From Candidatus Latescibacterota bacterium (lineage in GTDB: Bacteria; Latescibacterota; UBA2968), in assembly GCA_965205975.1 (NCBI GenBank), contig OZ242195.1, positions 352,001-416,000 of the forward strand: a stretch of DNA of 64,000 nt, read 5' to 3'. The number at the start of each line of letters is the position of its first letter. Within the stretch, counting starts at the first letter, position 1. A model generated the notes under the pieces. It did no database searches and was not told where the DNA came from. It worked only from the letters and a program-made list of their open reading frames with translations. Below are positions 8,896 to 18,834 of this stretch, piece after piece. The position numbers and the translations under genes were made by a program.

Positions 8896-11456
8896 CACAC
8901 TTCGCTTCGCAAAATTTCGAGTGGAGGGCGGTCGGCGATGCCCCGGCTATTGAGCATGCCGACAAAGATGGTGAGCGCGGTGACGAGGATAAAGACACCG
9001 GCAATGGCCGCAGTGGGCAGGGCAAAGTGGACGTCAAAAATAAAGATGGTGACAGCCCAGGCACCGCCAATAGAGAGTATGAGTCCAGTCAGGGTAGCGA
9101 GTGCGCCCAGGAAGGTGTATTCCAGCAAGAGTATGCGGCGAATCTGTTTTTGAGATGCCCCCAAAGTACGCAGCAAAACGGCTTCACGAATGCGTTGATA
9201 GCGGCTGGTGGTGACTGCGGCAGTTAGTACAATGAGTCCGGTAATCACACTAAAGAGAGCCATGAAGCGCACGACAAAGGCGATTTGTGAGAGTACATCG
9301 TCAACAGTTTTGAGAATGAGGCCGAGGTCAACAGCCGATACATTGGGGTATTGTTGAACCAGTGTGCGTTGCAGTATAGCTGATTGTTCGGTTGTGTTGA
9401 TGCGCGTGGTCAAGACGTGAAACTGGGGAGCGGTTTCGAGCACGCCTTTGGGAAAGACGATAAAAAAGTTTGGCTGAATGCGCTGCCAATCAACTTCTCG
9501 CAGGCTTTGTACTGTGGTCTGAACGGGTACGCCCTGGATGTCGAAGGTCAGGGTATCGCCGAGCGAGACGCGAAGCGAACGGGCAATGTCGCGCTCAAAA
9601 GAAATGGGGATGGGTTCTTCTGTCCGTTCTGCATCGATCCAGGTGCCGCCTACAAGACGTTCTGAATCGAAGAGGTGATTTCGATAGGTCGAGCGGTATT
9701 CGCGTTGAATTGCCCAGCGCCGCACATCGTGTATTCTGCCATAGGAACGCGCCTCTTGACCTTTGATGCTCTTCAGACGCATGGTGACGATGGGGGCATG
9801 GTGGATGACGGGGAGGCGCTGTTTGCGGAGCAACGCGCTCACGCCTTCAATTTGATCAGTTTGCACATCGACGAGAACAAAGTTGGGACGGTTGTCGCTC
9901 CCCGCGATGGCAATTTGAGCGAGCAGGGCGTGTTGCACAATATAGAGCGTGGTGATGAGGAAGGTACCCAGGCCCAGTGCAAGCATGAGAATTACGGTCT
10001 GATTGTGTGGGCGGTAGAGATTGGCCAGGCCCTGTCGCCACACGTATTGCCAGGTTGTGGGAAAGAAGCGGCGAACGGTTTTGATGATGAGCCACGATGC
10101 GCCTATGAGCAGTCCAAAGGCAATGCCAAACCCGATGGCAATGCCAATTCCAATGAGGATACTGCTGGTTTGCACAATGCCTAATCCCGCGACTATGAGA
10201 CAGATCCCGCCGATGGTCATTAATTGTAGGGGGTCTATTTTGGATCGCACATTTTCAAAAGATGCCCGCAAGGTGTGCAGGGGAGATGTGCGGCGAATGG
10301 GCAATAGGGGGAGCAGGGCGAAGAGCAGCGACAGACTCAGGCCAATGCCTGTGCCCTGAATGATCGCCCAATAGGAAAACTGAATATCGAGTTCAATGGG
10401 CAGGATTTGTGCGAGAATACCGGGCAGGAGATACTGAATGCCCACACCGAGGAGAGAACCGCATCCCGTGCCAATAAGACCCAGCGCGATGGCCTGGATG
10501 GCGTAAATGCAGAGGATCTGATTCGATTGCGCGCCCATGCAGCGCAGGATGGCGACGGTTGTTATTTTTTGGCGCGTATAGACGTGAATAGCACTGGCAA
10601 CGCCGATACATCCGAGTAAGAGGGCGGCAAAGGCGACCAGACTGAGGAAGATGTAGAGATTGTCCAATATGCGGTTGAGGCGTCTTTGACGGCTGGCAAC
10701 GGTTTCAGTACGCAAATTTTGATCCCCGCGATAGGGGCGAAGTTCGCGCTGGATGGATCCGATTCTCGTGCTGCTATCAAACTTAAAATAGGCCACATAA
10801 GACGCCAGACTGCCAAATTTGATGAGACCCGTTTTATCGAGATGCGATAAGGGGATGTACACACGCGGTGCCACTGTGGTAAAGGCCATGGCCTCGCCCG
10901 ATATTTTTGTGATACGTCCGCCTATGACAAAGGTGTGGTTGCCAATTCGCACGGAATCGCCGACCTGAACGCCAAATTGGACGAGCAAGCCGTCGTCGAG
11001 GAGCGCGTGATGGGTATGCTGAAAGGTCTTCGACGCTTGTAGTGGATTGGTTTCAAATGTGCCGTAATAGGGAAAGTCGCCTTGTAGCGCGCGCACTTGT
11101 ACCAGACGGGTTCCGCCGTTTTTGGGAAAGAAGACCATCGAGGCAAAGCGCACTTCTCGGGATTGTTCCCCACCCCATGAGTTGAATAGGGAGTCAACCG
11201 CAGGCGCAAAAGCGCGCTGGCTGCTGACGCGCAAATCAGCACCTAAAAGTGTGCGTGCTTCATTTTCGACAACGCGTTGCAGGTTATCGCCGAGCGCGCG
11301 CACAGCTACGAGGCCACCCACGCCGAGCAATATGCAGGATATAAAGAGCAGCAATCGGCGGCGATACGTGCGGCTATCGCGCCAGGCCATGCGCCAGGTC
11401 CAGGCGTTGAAGAGTGGGCTGGAGGTCTGATTTTTAATGCTGGTGATTCGATCCAT
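8895..11456 (-). CDS. ABC transporter permease, FtsX/MacB-like (YbbP family)
   Basis: WRMAWRD, LLGADL, two FtsX-like halves (AILRCMGA; LLRTLGAS), many transmembrane segments. Confidence 0.9.
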   Translation of the reverse strand: MDRITSIKNQTSSPLFNAWTWRMAWRDSRTYRRRLLLFISCILLGVGGLVAVRALGDNLQRVVENEARTLLGADLRVSSQRAFAPAVDSLFNSWGGEQSREVRFASMVFFPKNGGTRLVQVRALQGDFPYYGTFETNPLQASKTFQHTHHALLDDGLLVQFGVQVGDSVRIGNHTFVIGGRITKISGEAMAFTTVAPRVYIPLSHLDKTGLIKFGSLASYVAYFKFDSSTRIGSIQRELRPYRGDQNLRTETVASRQRRLNRILDNLYIFLSLVAFAALLLGCIGVASAIHVYTRQKITTVAILRCMGAQSNQILCIYAIQAIALGLIGTGCGSLLGVGIQYLLPGILAQILPIELDIQFSYWAIIQGTGIGLSLSLLFALLPLLPIRRTSPLHTLRASFENVRSKIDPLQLMTIGGICLIVAGLGIVQTSSILIGIGIAIGFGIAFGLLIGASWLIIKTVRRFFPTTWQYVWRQGLANLYRPHNQTVILMLALGLGTFLITTLYIVQHALLAQIAIAGSDNRPNFVLVDVQTDQIEGVSALLRKQRLPVIHHAPIVTMRLKSIKGQEARSYGRIHDVRRWAIQREYRSTYRNHLFDSERLVGGTWIDAERTEEPIPISFERDIARSLRVSLGDTLTFDIQGVPVQTTVQSLREVDWQRIQPNFFIVFPKGVLETAPQFHVLTTRINTTEQSAILQRTLVQQYPNVSAVDLGLILKTVDDVLSQIAFVVRFMALFSVITGLIVLTAAVTTSRYQRIREAVLLRTLGASQKQIRRILLLEYTFLGALATLTGLILSIGGAWAVTIFIFDVHFALPTAAIAGVFILVTALTIFVGMLNSRGIADRPPLEILRSEV

Positions 11457-11483
11457 GATAGAAATTAAAAATTAAGAATTAAA

Positions 11484-11641
11484 AACTGATGTGAGGCAGG
11501 TCTGGGTGTTTGTCATGCTGAGCGGAGTGAAACGGAGCCGAAGCATCTGTTCCACCTGCGATGGTTGTAGATTTTTCGACTCCGCTGCGCTCCGCTCAAA
11601 ATGACAGACCCATTATATTGTGCAGATGCATAACATCAGTT
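11484..11641. mobile_element. MITE-like element (158 bp) with 15-bp imperfect terminal inverted repeats and a long internal palindrome
   Basis: AACTGATGTGAGGCA ... TGCATAACATCAGTT (13/15 complementary); internal TGTCATGCTGAGCGGAG...CTCCGCTCAAAATGACA; interrupts an AATTAA(G/A) heptamer run. Confidence 0.6.
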
Positions 11642-11707
11642 AAGAATTAAGCTGATTGTAACGTTTTGCAGTGGTCGAGATAAATAGTGTTAGATTCTTG
11701 TCGTCCT

Positions 11708-11760
11708 GTAGGAGGGAAATCCTTTTCCCGACCTGATCGCGGCAAGGATGCCGCTCCAAC
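11708..11760. repeat. Inverted pair of GTAG-type REP palindromes (REPIN/BIME-like)
   Basis: GTAGGAGGGAAATCCTTTTCCCGA (11708-11731) and the reverse complement of GTTGGAGCGGCATCCTTGCCGCGA (11737-11760); both recur at 61438-61525. Confidence 0.8.
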
Positions 11761-11766
11761 AGCACT

Positions 11767-12453
11767 TCACACTTCATCCTTCACGACGGTGCCACCTTGC
11801 AGATGGATGATGCGCTGCGTGCGTGCGGCGAGGTCGTGATCGTGCGTGACGAGGATGAGGGTTGTGCCCGCTTCTCGGTTGAGGTCAAAGAGCAGATTGG
11901 CGATGGTATGACTGCTGTCGGCGTCGAGGTTGCCCGTAGGCTCGTCGGCAAATAAGATGTGGGGTTGGTTGATAAAGGCGCGTGCAATGCCCACGCGCTG
12001 TTGTTCACCACCCGAAAGCTGGGCGGGATAATGCGTCAAGCGGTCGCCCAACCCCACGCGGTCAAGCAATTCTCTCGCTTCGCCAAATACACCGTTTTTA
12101 CCGCGTAGCTCGAGAGGAATCGCAACATTTTCAATGGCGGTGAGGGTGGGGATGAGTTGAAAGCTCTGAAAGACAAATCCCACGTATTCATTTCGCACGG
12201 CTGCGCGTTGGTCTTCGTCGAGGGTGTCGAGGGCCATGTTGTGAAGGGTGACTGTGCCCGATGACGGACGATCAAGTCCAGCACATAATCCGAGTAGCGT
12301 GGTTTTTCCACTGCCCGAAGGCCCTACTATCGCACAGGTTTGGCCTTTGGGTATGGTGAATGTGACGTTGTCTAAAACGGTGAGTGGATGTCCTCCGCTC
12401 GCGTAGGTGCGGGTGAGGTTTTGAACTGCGAGAGCTGCGTTTGGATGGCTCAA
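11767..12453 (-). CDS. ABC transporter ATP-binding protein (YbbA/LolD-like)
   Basis: [35 protein letters not shown]. Confidence 0.93.
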   Translation of the reverse strand: MSHPNAALAVQNLTRTYASGGHPLTVLDNVTFTIPKGQTCAIVGPSGSGKTTLLGLCAGLDRPSSGTVTLHNMALDTLDEDQRAAVRNEYVGFVFQSFQLIPTLTAIENVAIPLELRGKNGVFGEARELLDRVGLGDRLTHYPAQLSGGEQQRVGIARAFINQPHILFADEPTGNLDADSSHTIANLLFDLNREAGTTLILVTHDHDLAARTQRIIHLQGGTVVKDEV

Positions 12454-12552
12454 CTGATTACCCCTTGCGTCTCTGGTTCTAATTCTTACCTTTGTGAGAC
12501 CTCAAAACATAACATAGAGTTCCATTATGTGCAAAAAATGAGTGGAGGAGAT

Positions 12553-13737
12553 ATGCAAGCTGAGATTGTGATGATTGGAACGGAACTGTTGCTGGGTGAA
12601 ATTGTAGATACCAATGCCACGATGTTTGCCAAAGCGCTGCGCGATATTGGAATGGATTTGTTGTATAAAACGACTGTGGGGGACAATGAAGATCGGATTG
12701 CTGGCGTTTTGAATATCGCGCTGGATCGATCAGATGTGATTCTGACATCGGGGGGTATTGGTCCTACGGTAGATGATATGACGCGGAAATGTGTGGCGCG
12801 TGCAACAGGACGCAAGCTTGTTTACAGCAAGGTACTGGAAAATCAGATTGCATCGCGGTTTCGCAATTTTGGTCGTGAGATGGCAGATAATAACAAAAGA
12901 CAGGCGTATATTCCCGAAGGCGCTATACCACTGGAGAATCCCAGGGGCACGGCGCCCTGTTTTTTGAGTGAAGATGTTAAAGGGCGCGGCTGTGTGATTT
13001 CGCTTCCGGGTGTGCCGAGAGAATTGGATTATATGTTGCACAAGGTTGTGATTCCAATTTTGATCGACCGCATGGGCGGGCGCAAAATTACAAAGGTACG
13101 CGTATTGCGAACTTGTGCGGTGGGCGAGAGCAATATTGATCGCACAATTGGGGATCTGATGAGTGAGAGCAATCCAACGGTGGGATTGGCGGCGCATGCT
13201 GGGCAGACCGATGTGCGCGTGGCGGCAAAAGCGGATACAGAGGAAGATGCCGATGCGTTGATCGCGCCGATGGAAGCGGAACTCAGGAAACGGCTGGGGG
13301 TTGCGATTTACGGTACGGGGAAAGAGACAGTAGCCGGGGTTGTGGGCGATTTGTTGCGGGAAAAAGGGTTGAAGATTGGGGTGGTGGATACGCTGACAGA
13401 TGGCCAGGTCGTGCGGGAGTTCGAAGAGAATGGCGCAGGTGATGTGGTGGCCACGCAAAGAGATGCTAATATGGGGGGGCAGGATGACCCTCGCGCTTTG
13501 ACCGAAGCGATGGCTCAGGAGGCTGCGCCCGAGGATGGTGTGGGGCTGGCGATAGTTGGTCCTTATGAAGGTGGCGCGACGTTTATGGCTGTTTATGGCT
13601 CTGATCCACAAGCGCGAACATGTATTGCAAGTCGCCGCTTTCAGGATTCGGATCATATCCGACGATGGTTGGTGATTCAGGGTTTGGATCTGGTGCGCCG
13701 GGCGGTGTTGGGCAAGTTGGCTTCGCCAGCAGATTGA
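12553..13737 (+). CDS. cinA: CinA-like competence/damage-inducible protein (molybdopterin-binding/ADP-ribose pyrophosphatase domain plus degenerate C-terminal PncC domain)
   Basis: IGTELLLGEIVDTNA, VGDN, SGGIGPTVDDMT, NPRGTAP, LPGVPRE; GGAGGA RBS before ATG 12553. Confidence 0.88.
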   Translation: MQAEIVMIGTELLLGEIVDTNATMFAKALRDIGMDLLYKTTVGDNEDRIAGVLNIALDRSDVILTSGGIGPTVDDMTRKCVARATGRKLVYSKVLENQIASRFRNFGREMADNNKRQAYIPEGAIPLENPRGTAPCFLSEDVKGRGCVISLPGVPRELDYMLHKVVIPILIDRMGGRKITKVRVLRTCAVGESNIDRTIGDLMSESNPTVGLAAHAGQTDVRVAAKADTEEDADALIAPMEAELRKRLGVAIYGTGKETVAGVVGDLLREKGLKIGVVDTLTDGQVVREFEENGAGDVVATQRDANMGGQDDPRALTEAMAQEAAPEDGVGLAIVGPYEGGATFMAVYGSDPQARTCIASRRFQDSDHIRRWLVIQGLDLVRRAVLGKLASPAD

Positions 13738-13738
13738 G

Positions 13739-14629
13739 TTAAATGAAAGAGCCTCGTTTAAGAGCAGCCTGTGGATCATACCACACAGCATTTACAAAAT
13801 TCTGTATTTCTTGCACGAATTTCCAAACTGTTTCGGCGTCTATCGGGAATTGTTCATGTTGGCGTTTTACTTCGTAATAATTTCCTCTTTTCCCATACGG
13901 GAGTCTCTTTGTTTTTCGCAGCAAAAAAACGTTATCAATCTCGGTCAGTCTGCAATCTTCAGGCTCCATATCTAAATATTCCACCAAAGCGTAATATTTA
14001 GCAATAGGACACCCTTGTTTTAATCGGGCGGCTGTACCTGCACATTCTTGAAACATGGTTTTATCATAATTCACTTTGATCTCTGCTGCAAGCACAGCCA
14101 AATAAAAGCTACCAGAAGTCGTGCGTTCTGACTCAAAACCTGTACTTGGCGAGAATATATAATGAATCGTTTTGCCGAGCGCGAAATCTTGATTTTTATG
14201 CTTTATAACGACCTTAGGTTTTCCGCTCAAATTATTTATACTTGGAGGGGCAAAAGATAAAGACATAAATGCTGTATGCGGTCCAACTTCCAAGTCATAC
14301 ACAGGCAATCCGTGCAGAATCGAAGGATCTATGACATGGATGAAAAATTCTTCCAGCACTGAATTATCGAGTTTTAATTGTCCTTTTTGTCTTTTTATAA
14401 ATTCAGACCCGTGCTTGGCAACCAATTCTACTTCAAGATAATTTTTGTATTCGTTTAAAAGGTCAACCATTTCCTCAATTTTCTGTTTACCGTTCGAATT
14501 TAGGGATCTCATACTTGAAATCCAATACTCGTAGGCACTATAAGCTTCTTCCAGTATTGATTTATCACCAATACATTTTGGATTTCTCAATGCCGCCAAC
14601 AATTTTTCTCTATGGGGTGTTTTTGCCAT
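13739..14629 (-). CDS. Type II restriction endonuclease, Bpu10I family
   Basis: RQKGQLKLDNSVLEEF, QDF, EIKVNYDKTMFQE, KYYALVEYLDM; coupled to an MTase; AT-rich. Confidence 0.85.
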   Translation of the reverse strand: MAKTPHREKLLAALRNPKCIGDKSILEEAYSAYEYWISSMRSLNSNGKQKIEEMVDLLNEYKNYLEVELVAKHGSEFIKRQKGQLKLDNSVLEEFFIHVIDPSILHGLPVYDLEVGPHTAFMSLSFAPPSINNLSGKPKVVIKHKNQDFALGKTIHYIFSPSTGFESERTTSGSFYLAVLAAEIKVNYDKTMFQECAGTAARLKQGCPIAKYYALVEYLDMEPEDCRLTEIDNVFLLRKTKRLPYGKRGNYYEVKRQHEQFPIDAETVWKFVQEIQNFVNAVWYDPQAALKRGSFI

Positions 14630-15839
14630 TCTGAAAAACTTCCTTTGAAAAAAATAAGGGAGATGGGTGGACACTATAAATGTCAGAAATGACATCTTGG
14701 ATTTCGGGTTTTATACCGTCTTCAGCCTGTGAAATAGACGCTTTTAGATGCTTGCGTGCTATCTTTCGCGCTTCAATTTCCTCAGGCGGGCTTTGATCCT
14801 TTTTTGCAACGATAATATCCTCTTTAATTTTTGCACCAAATCTATTGATGAAATGCCTTTCGTAAGTTGCAATATCACAGAAGCCACCGGCTTTCAACAG
14901 GAGGTCTTTTATGATTAAACCATTGTAAAATGGTACACGTCGTACGCGGGATTCGCGTCCTACGACTAATACGATTATTCCATTTCTTTCTAATGTGTGC
15001 CAAAAATTATGAAGACTTAGATTCATCTCCAGGCAATATTGTACGACAGTTCTAAATCGATTGCTACGATTCTTCCTGTTAGAACCAATTTCACTGTGTG
15101 CAACTTTTAGGAGATTCCAACCGAGAATTTCCATCACAGCCCTGTGATTCTGGTGATAGTTAAATACGTTGATATAAGGCGGGCTGGTTAAAATCAAATT
15201 AGCTTTGGTTGGAGAATTTTCGGATAAGCATCTTGCATCTCCTAAAAATGCCCGTATCGGTGCATCTGTAAATGGCAGGCTCAGTACCGCCTGCTTAATA
15301 AAGTGAAAAGATGACAAAATGGCGGAATTTAGGTCCTTGTATTTTTTATTTTCAGCAGAAAAAATGACGTTTAAGGCAATCACCATTTCATCCTTATCTG
15401 AGATCGAAGCGATCAACTCTTTTGAAAAGTCAATTAAATTCTCGTAGCGGCTTCTGTATTCACGACAATTTTTGAAAAGTGGCAGCCCTCCAAAATTGTG
15501 AAGCAGATCGTGAATTTTTCCCTGTAGATTACTGACTATTACTTCGCGATCTTTCATACATTTATTTGCTAAAGAGAAAAATTTTGACATCGCATAAGCC
15601 GCTGGATTGATTTCATAGCCATATCCACTCAGGCCCTTGCGTGCACAGGCCTGAAGCACTGTTCCACTGCCCGAAAAAGGATCAATTACAGTGAATCCTT
15701 TTCTTGAGAATCTATCTATAATATAATCAACAAATTGAGGCGTAAATTGTCCGCGCCAAGCAAATAAATTCGCCCGTTGTTTTTCTTTTACATTCAGTTT
15801 ATCTTGTTCTAATATAATTTTGCTTTTTGTACTATTCAT
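14610..15839 (-). CDS. Amino DNA methyltransferase (probable N4-cytosine, alpha motif order)
   Basis: DPFSGSGT (motif I) precedes TSPPY (motif IV); overlaps the start of the endonuclease gene. Confidence 0.87.
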   Translation of the reverse strand: MNSTKSKIILEQDKLNVKEKQRANLFAWRGQFTPQFVDYIIDRFSRKGFTVIDPFSGSGTVLQACARKGLSGYGYEINPAAYAMSKFFSLANKCMKDREVIVSNLQGKIHDLLHNFGGLPLFKNCREYRSRYENLIDFSKELIASISDKDEMVIALNVIFSAENKKYKDLNSAILSSFHFIKQAVLSLPFTDAPIRAFLGDARCLSENSPTKANLILTSPPYINVFNYHQNHRAVMEILGWNLLKVAHSEIGSNRKNRSNRFRTVVQYCLEMNLSLHNFWHTLERNGIIVLVVGRESRVRRVPFYNGLIIKDLLLKAGGFCDIATYERHFINRFGAKIKEDIIVAKKDQSPPEEIEARKIARKHLKASISQAEDGIKPEIQDVISDIYSVHPSPLFFSKEVFQNGKNTP

Positions 15840-15948
15840 CTTCTTCTCCTATGCTTTGCGTAGTATATGGAAATCACGAATAAATATAGTATCCATTTGT
15901 TTACTGATCAAGGGGGAATTTATTCCTATTTTAAGTGGGAGAGATGCT

Positions 15949-16992
15949 GTGGCAAACGATGAGTCTTTGTCTTATTCGAAGAGTGGTGTCAATATCGATG
16001 AAACAGATGCTGTTAAAAGAGATATGGCTTCAAATATCGGGCGCGGCGATTCGAGAGTGCTCAATAAATTGGGGGCCTTCGGCAGTCTGGTTGATGGCCG
16101 TTTTGAGGGGTATGAGCATCCCCTTCTCGTGCTGAAAACCGAGGAGCCTGGTTCGAAGCAAAAGTTGGCGTTTGAACACGGAAGCGTCACGTCTATTGCC
16201 TATGATCTGGTCAATCATTTGATCAACGATATTATCGTTATGGGGGCTGATCCTTTTTATCTGCAAGATTGTATCGTTTGCGGCAAACTCGATCCCCCTG
16301 TTGTCAAGGCACTCGTCAGTGGGATTGCCGATGCGTGTGAGGCACAGGGATGTACTTTGACAGGTGGGGAAACATCTGTTCAGCCTGGGGTTGTAGAAGA
16401 TGGGGTGTATATTTTAAGTGCTTCGGCTATTGGGGTTGTCGATAAGGACAATATTATTGATGGCTCTGAGATTGAGGAAGGGGACGCGGTTCTCGCGCTT
16501 GCATCCAATGGGCTTCATACCAATGGCTATACGCTTGTCAGGGCACTGTTGAAGAATAAGCCAGAGTTGAAAGATCGAGATATCCAAGGGGTGTCTTTTC
16601 TCGATATGATTTTGCGCCCGCACCAGTGTTATTATCAGCCTCTGAAGGGTCTGTTTAAGGACGAAGGGTTGAAGGGGATGGCACATATTACCGGTGGCGG
16701 TATCCAGGATAATCTATCTCGCATTCTTCCCGAAACCTGTCAGGCTGTGATTGACCTTTCGTTACTCCAGGTTCTCCCTATCTTCAAAACGATTCGCGCA
16801 GAGGGTCTGGTTCCAGAAGACGATATGCTGAGGACTTTTAATATGGGGGTGGGGATGACGCTTGTGTGCGCCCAGAATTCTGTGGCGAGGATTAACGCAC
16901 ACCTGCAAAGTGCGGGATGCCAGGCGTATCCAATTGGGCGTATTGTCAAGGGTGAGAGAGGCGTTGTGTTCACGGGAAAACTTCGGTGGTGA
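15949..16992 (+). CDS. purM: Phosphoribosylformylglycinamidine cyclo-ligase (AIR synthase)
   Basis: SYSKSGVNID, GGETS, SNGLHTNGYTLVR, AHITGGG, RTFNMGVG; GTG start after GGGAGA. Confidence 0.93.
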   Translation: MANDESLSYSKSGVNIDETDAVKRDMASNIGRGDSRVLNKLGAFGSLVDGRFEGYEHPLLVLKTEEPGSKQKLAFEHGSVTSIAYDLVNHLINDIIVMGADPFYLQDCIVCGKLDPPVVKALVSGIADACEAQGCTLTGGETSVQPGVVEDGVYILSASAIGVVDKDNIIDGSEIEEGDAVLALASNGLHTNGYTLVRALLKNKPELKDRDIQGVSFLDMILRPHQCYYQPLKGLFKDEGLKGMAHITGGGIQDNLSRILPETCQAVIDLSLLQVLPIFKTIRAEGLVPEDDMLRTFNMGVGMTLVCAQNSVARINAHLQSAGCQAYPIGRIVKGERGVVFTGKLRW

Positions 16993-17005
16993 AAGGATAT
17001 AAATC

Positions 17006-17851
17006 ATGACACCATATCGCATCATTGACGTGAAGCCCCTATCTGGGGCACTCGGTGCTGAAATTGAAGGCGTTGACATTGCGTCGGATCTCGACGATGA
17101 ACAATTCGCTGAAATTCATCGGGCCTTTGCGGATTATAGCGTGATTCTCTTTCGCAATCAGTCCCTCACGCAGGAGCAACACATCGCATTTGCCCGACGC
17201 TGGGGGGATATCAATGTCAACCGATTTTTTACGGGCGTCGCGGAAAATCCCATTATTGCCGAGGTGAGAAAAGAACCCGATCAGGAAACCAATATTGGTC
17301 GCAACTGGCATACCGATCATTCTTACGATACCATTCCCGCTCTCGGCTCGATTCTCTACGCACGGGAGGTTCCCGAGGTTGGTGGCGATACGATGTTTTC
17401 CAGTATGTACAGGGCGTACGAAACCCTTTCGCCGGGGATGCGGAAGACGCTTGAAAGCTTAAATGCTCTGCACTCCAGCCGACATGTTTTTGGCGCAATG
17501 AACGGCAGAAAGCCCGATCAAAGCGGTCGCATTGGCAATCCCGAACTCGCCACGCAGGATGCTGTCCATCCCCTGATCATAAAGCATCCCATTACAGGTC
17601 GCAAAGCACTTTACGTTAATCCTATATTCACCGTTCAAATTGAGGGATGGACAAAAGAGGAATCTCAACCTCTGCTTCAGTTTTTGTACCAGCACGCTTC
17701 CCAACCGGATTTTACATGCCGCATTCGCTGGGAAAAAGATGCCCTCGCTATCTGGGATAATCGCGCGACCTGGCATTGCGCTCTCAATGATTATCAGGGA
17801 CAGCGACGCCTCATGCACCGCATCACGGTTGAGGGTGTGCCGTTGGATTAA
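17006..17851 (+). CDS. TauD/TfdA family Fe(II)/2-oxoglutarate dioxygenase
   Basis: PLSGALGAEI, WHTD, GGDT, HP...HP..GRKALYVN, WDNR.T.H. Confidence 0.92.
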   Translation: MTPYRIIDVKPLSGALGAEIEGVDIASDLDDEQFAEIHRAFADYSVILFRNQSLTQEQHIAFARRWGDINVNRFFTGVAENPIIAEVRKEPDQETNIGRNWHTDHSYDTIPALGSILYAREVPEVGGDTMFSSMYRAYETLSPGMRKTLESLNALHSSRHVFGAMNGRKPDQSGRIGNPELATQDAVHPLIIKHPITGRKALYVNPIFTVQIEGWTKEESQPLLQFLYQHASQPDFTCRIRWEKDALAIWDNRATWHCALNDYQGQRRLMHRITVEGVPLD

Positions 17852-17869
17852 AGTTAGGAGAGCCCATTG

Positions 17870-18790
17870 ATGGCATCCGTAACCTTTAAAGGCGTCTTTC
17901 CCATCCTCGTCACCCCATTCGATGACCAGGGCAACCTCGATCTGGAATCCTTTGATCGAACAGTACGCTTTATGGCCGATATCGGTGTAAACGGCGTTAC
18001 CATCATTGGTGTACTCGGTGAATCCAACCGAATGCTGGATGCCGAACGGGAACAGCTTATTAAAACTGCTGTGGGCGCTGCAGGTGGGCGCATCCCCGTT
18101 ATCGTGGGCACGAGCTATAGCGGCACACAGGCGACCCTTGAACTCAGCCGGATGGCCGAATCTCTCGGCGCCGCCGGTGTGATGGTCACTCCTTCGCGGG
18201 AATCCGTGCCCAACGAAGACCGCATTTTCGAATTTTTCCAGCAGGTGGCCGAAGGCATTTCCATTCCCATCGTCGTACAGGACCACCCCGCCTCCACCCA
18301 GGTCCACATGTCCGTCCCCCTCATCCTGCGCCTCGTCCGCGAAATTCCGCTCGTCGCCTGCATCAAAGAAGAGGCCGTGCCCACCCCGCCCAGGATTACC
18401 GCTCTCTTGAACGGCATTGGAGACCGTGCGGTCACCATTCTCACCGGCCTCGGCGCTCTCTACGGTGCCTTTGATCTGGCCCGCGGCGCACACGGTTTTA
18501 TGACCGGCTTTGCCTTTCCCGAAGTTCTGCTCGCCCTGATCCGGAGCGCTGAAAATAAAGACTTTGACACCGTAAACGACATCTATCACCGATACCTGCC
18601 GCTCATTGTGTACGAACAGCAGCCCGGGGTGGCCATCCGCAAAGAGATTTTCCGCCTGCGCGGCCTTATCGCCAGCAGCTACGTGCGCCATCCCGGCGCA
18701 AATATCGACCCAACCACTGCCGACCACTTGAAATCACTCTTGCGCAAAATGCTGCCCGGCGTGGATATTACGAGGCCTATCGAGGTGTGA
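17870..18790 (+). CDS. Dihydrodipicolinate synthase (DapA)-family class I aldolase/dehydratase
   Basis: GVFPILVTPF, GVLGE, Schiff-base Lys in IKEE. Confidence 0.88.
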   Translation: MASVTFKGVFPILVTPFDDQGNLDLESFDRTVRFMADIGVNGVTIIGVLGESNRMLDAEREQLIKTAVGAAGGRIPVIVGTSYSGTQATLELSRMAESLGAAGVMVTPSRESVPNEDRIFEFFQQVAEGISIPIVVQDHPASTQVHMSVPLILRLVREIPLVACIKEEAVPTPPRITALLNGIGDRAVTILTGLGALYGAFDLARGAHGFMTGFAFPEVLLALIRSAENKDFDTVNDIYHRYLPLIVYEQQPGVAIRKEIFRLRGLIASSYVRHPGANIDPTTADHLKSLLRKMLPGVDITRPIEV

Positions 18791-18834
18791 GATGTGGTTC
18801 CTTGTGACGTAAACTTTCTATCAGGTCTTTTCTT

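Noticed and set aside
12730..13791. Long antisense ORFs (this one, 17459-18727, 42740-43609 and similar)
   Set aside because: Shadows of well-supported genes on the opposite strand; no motifs of their own
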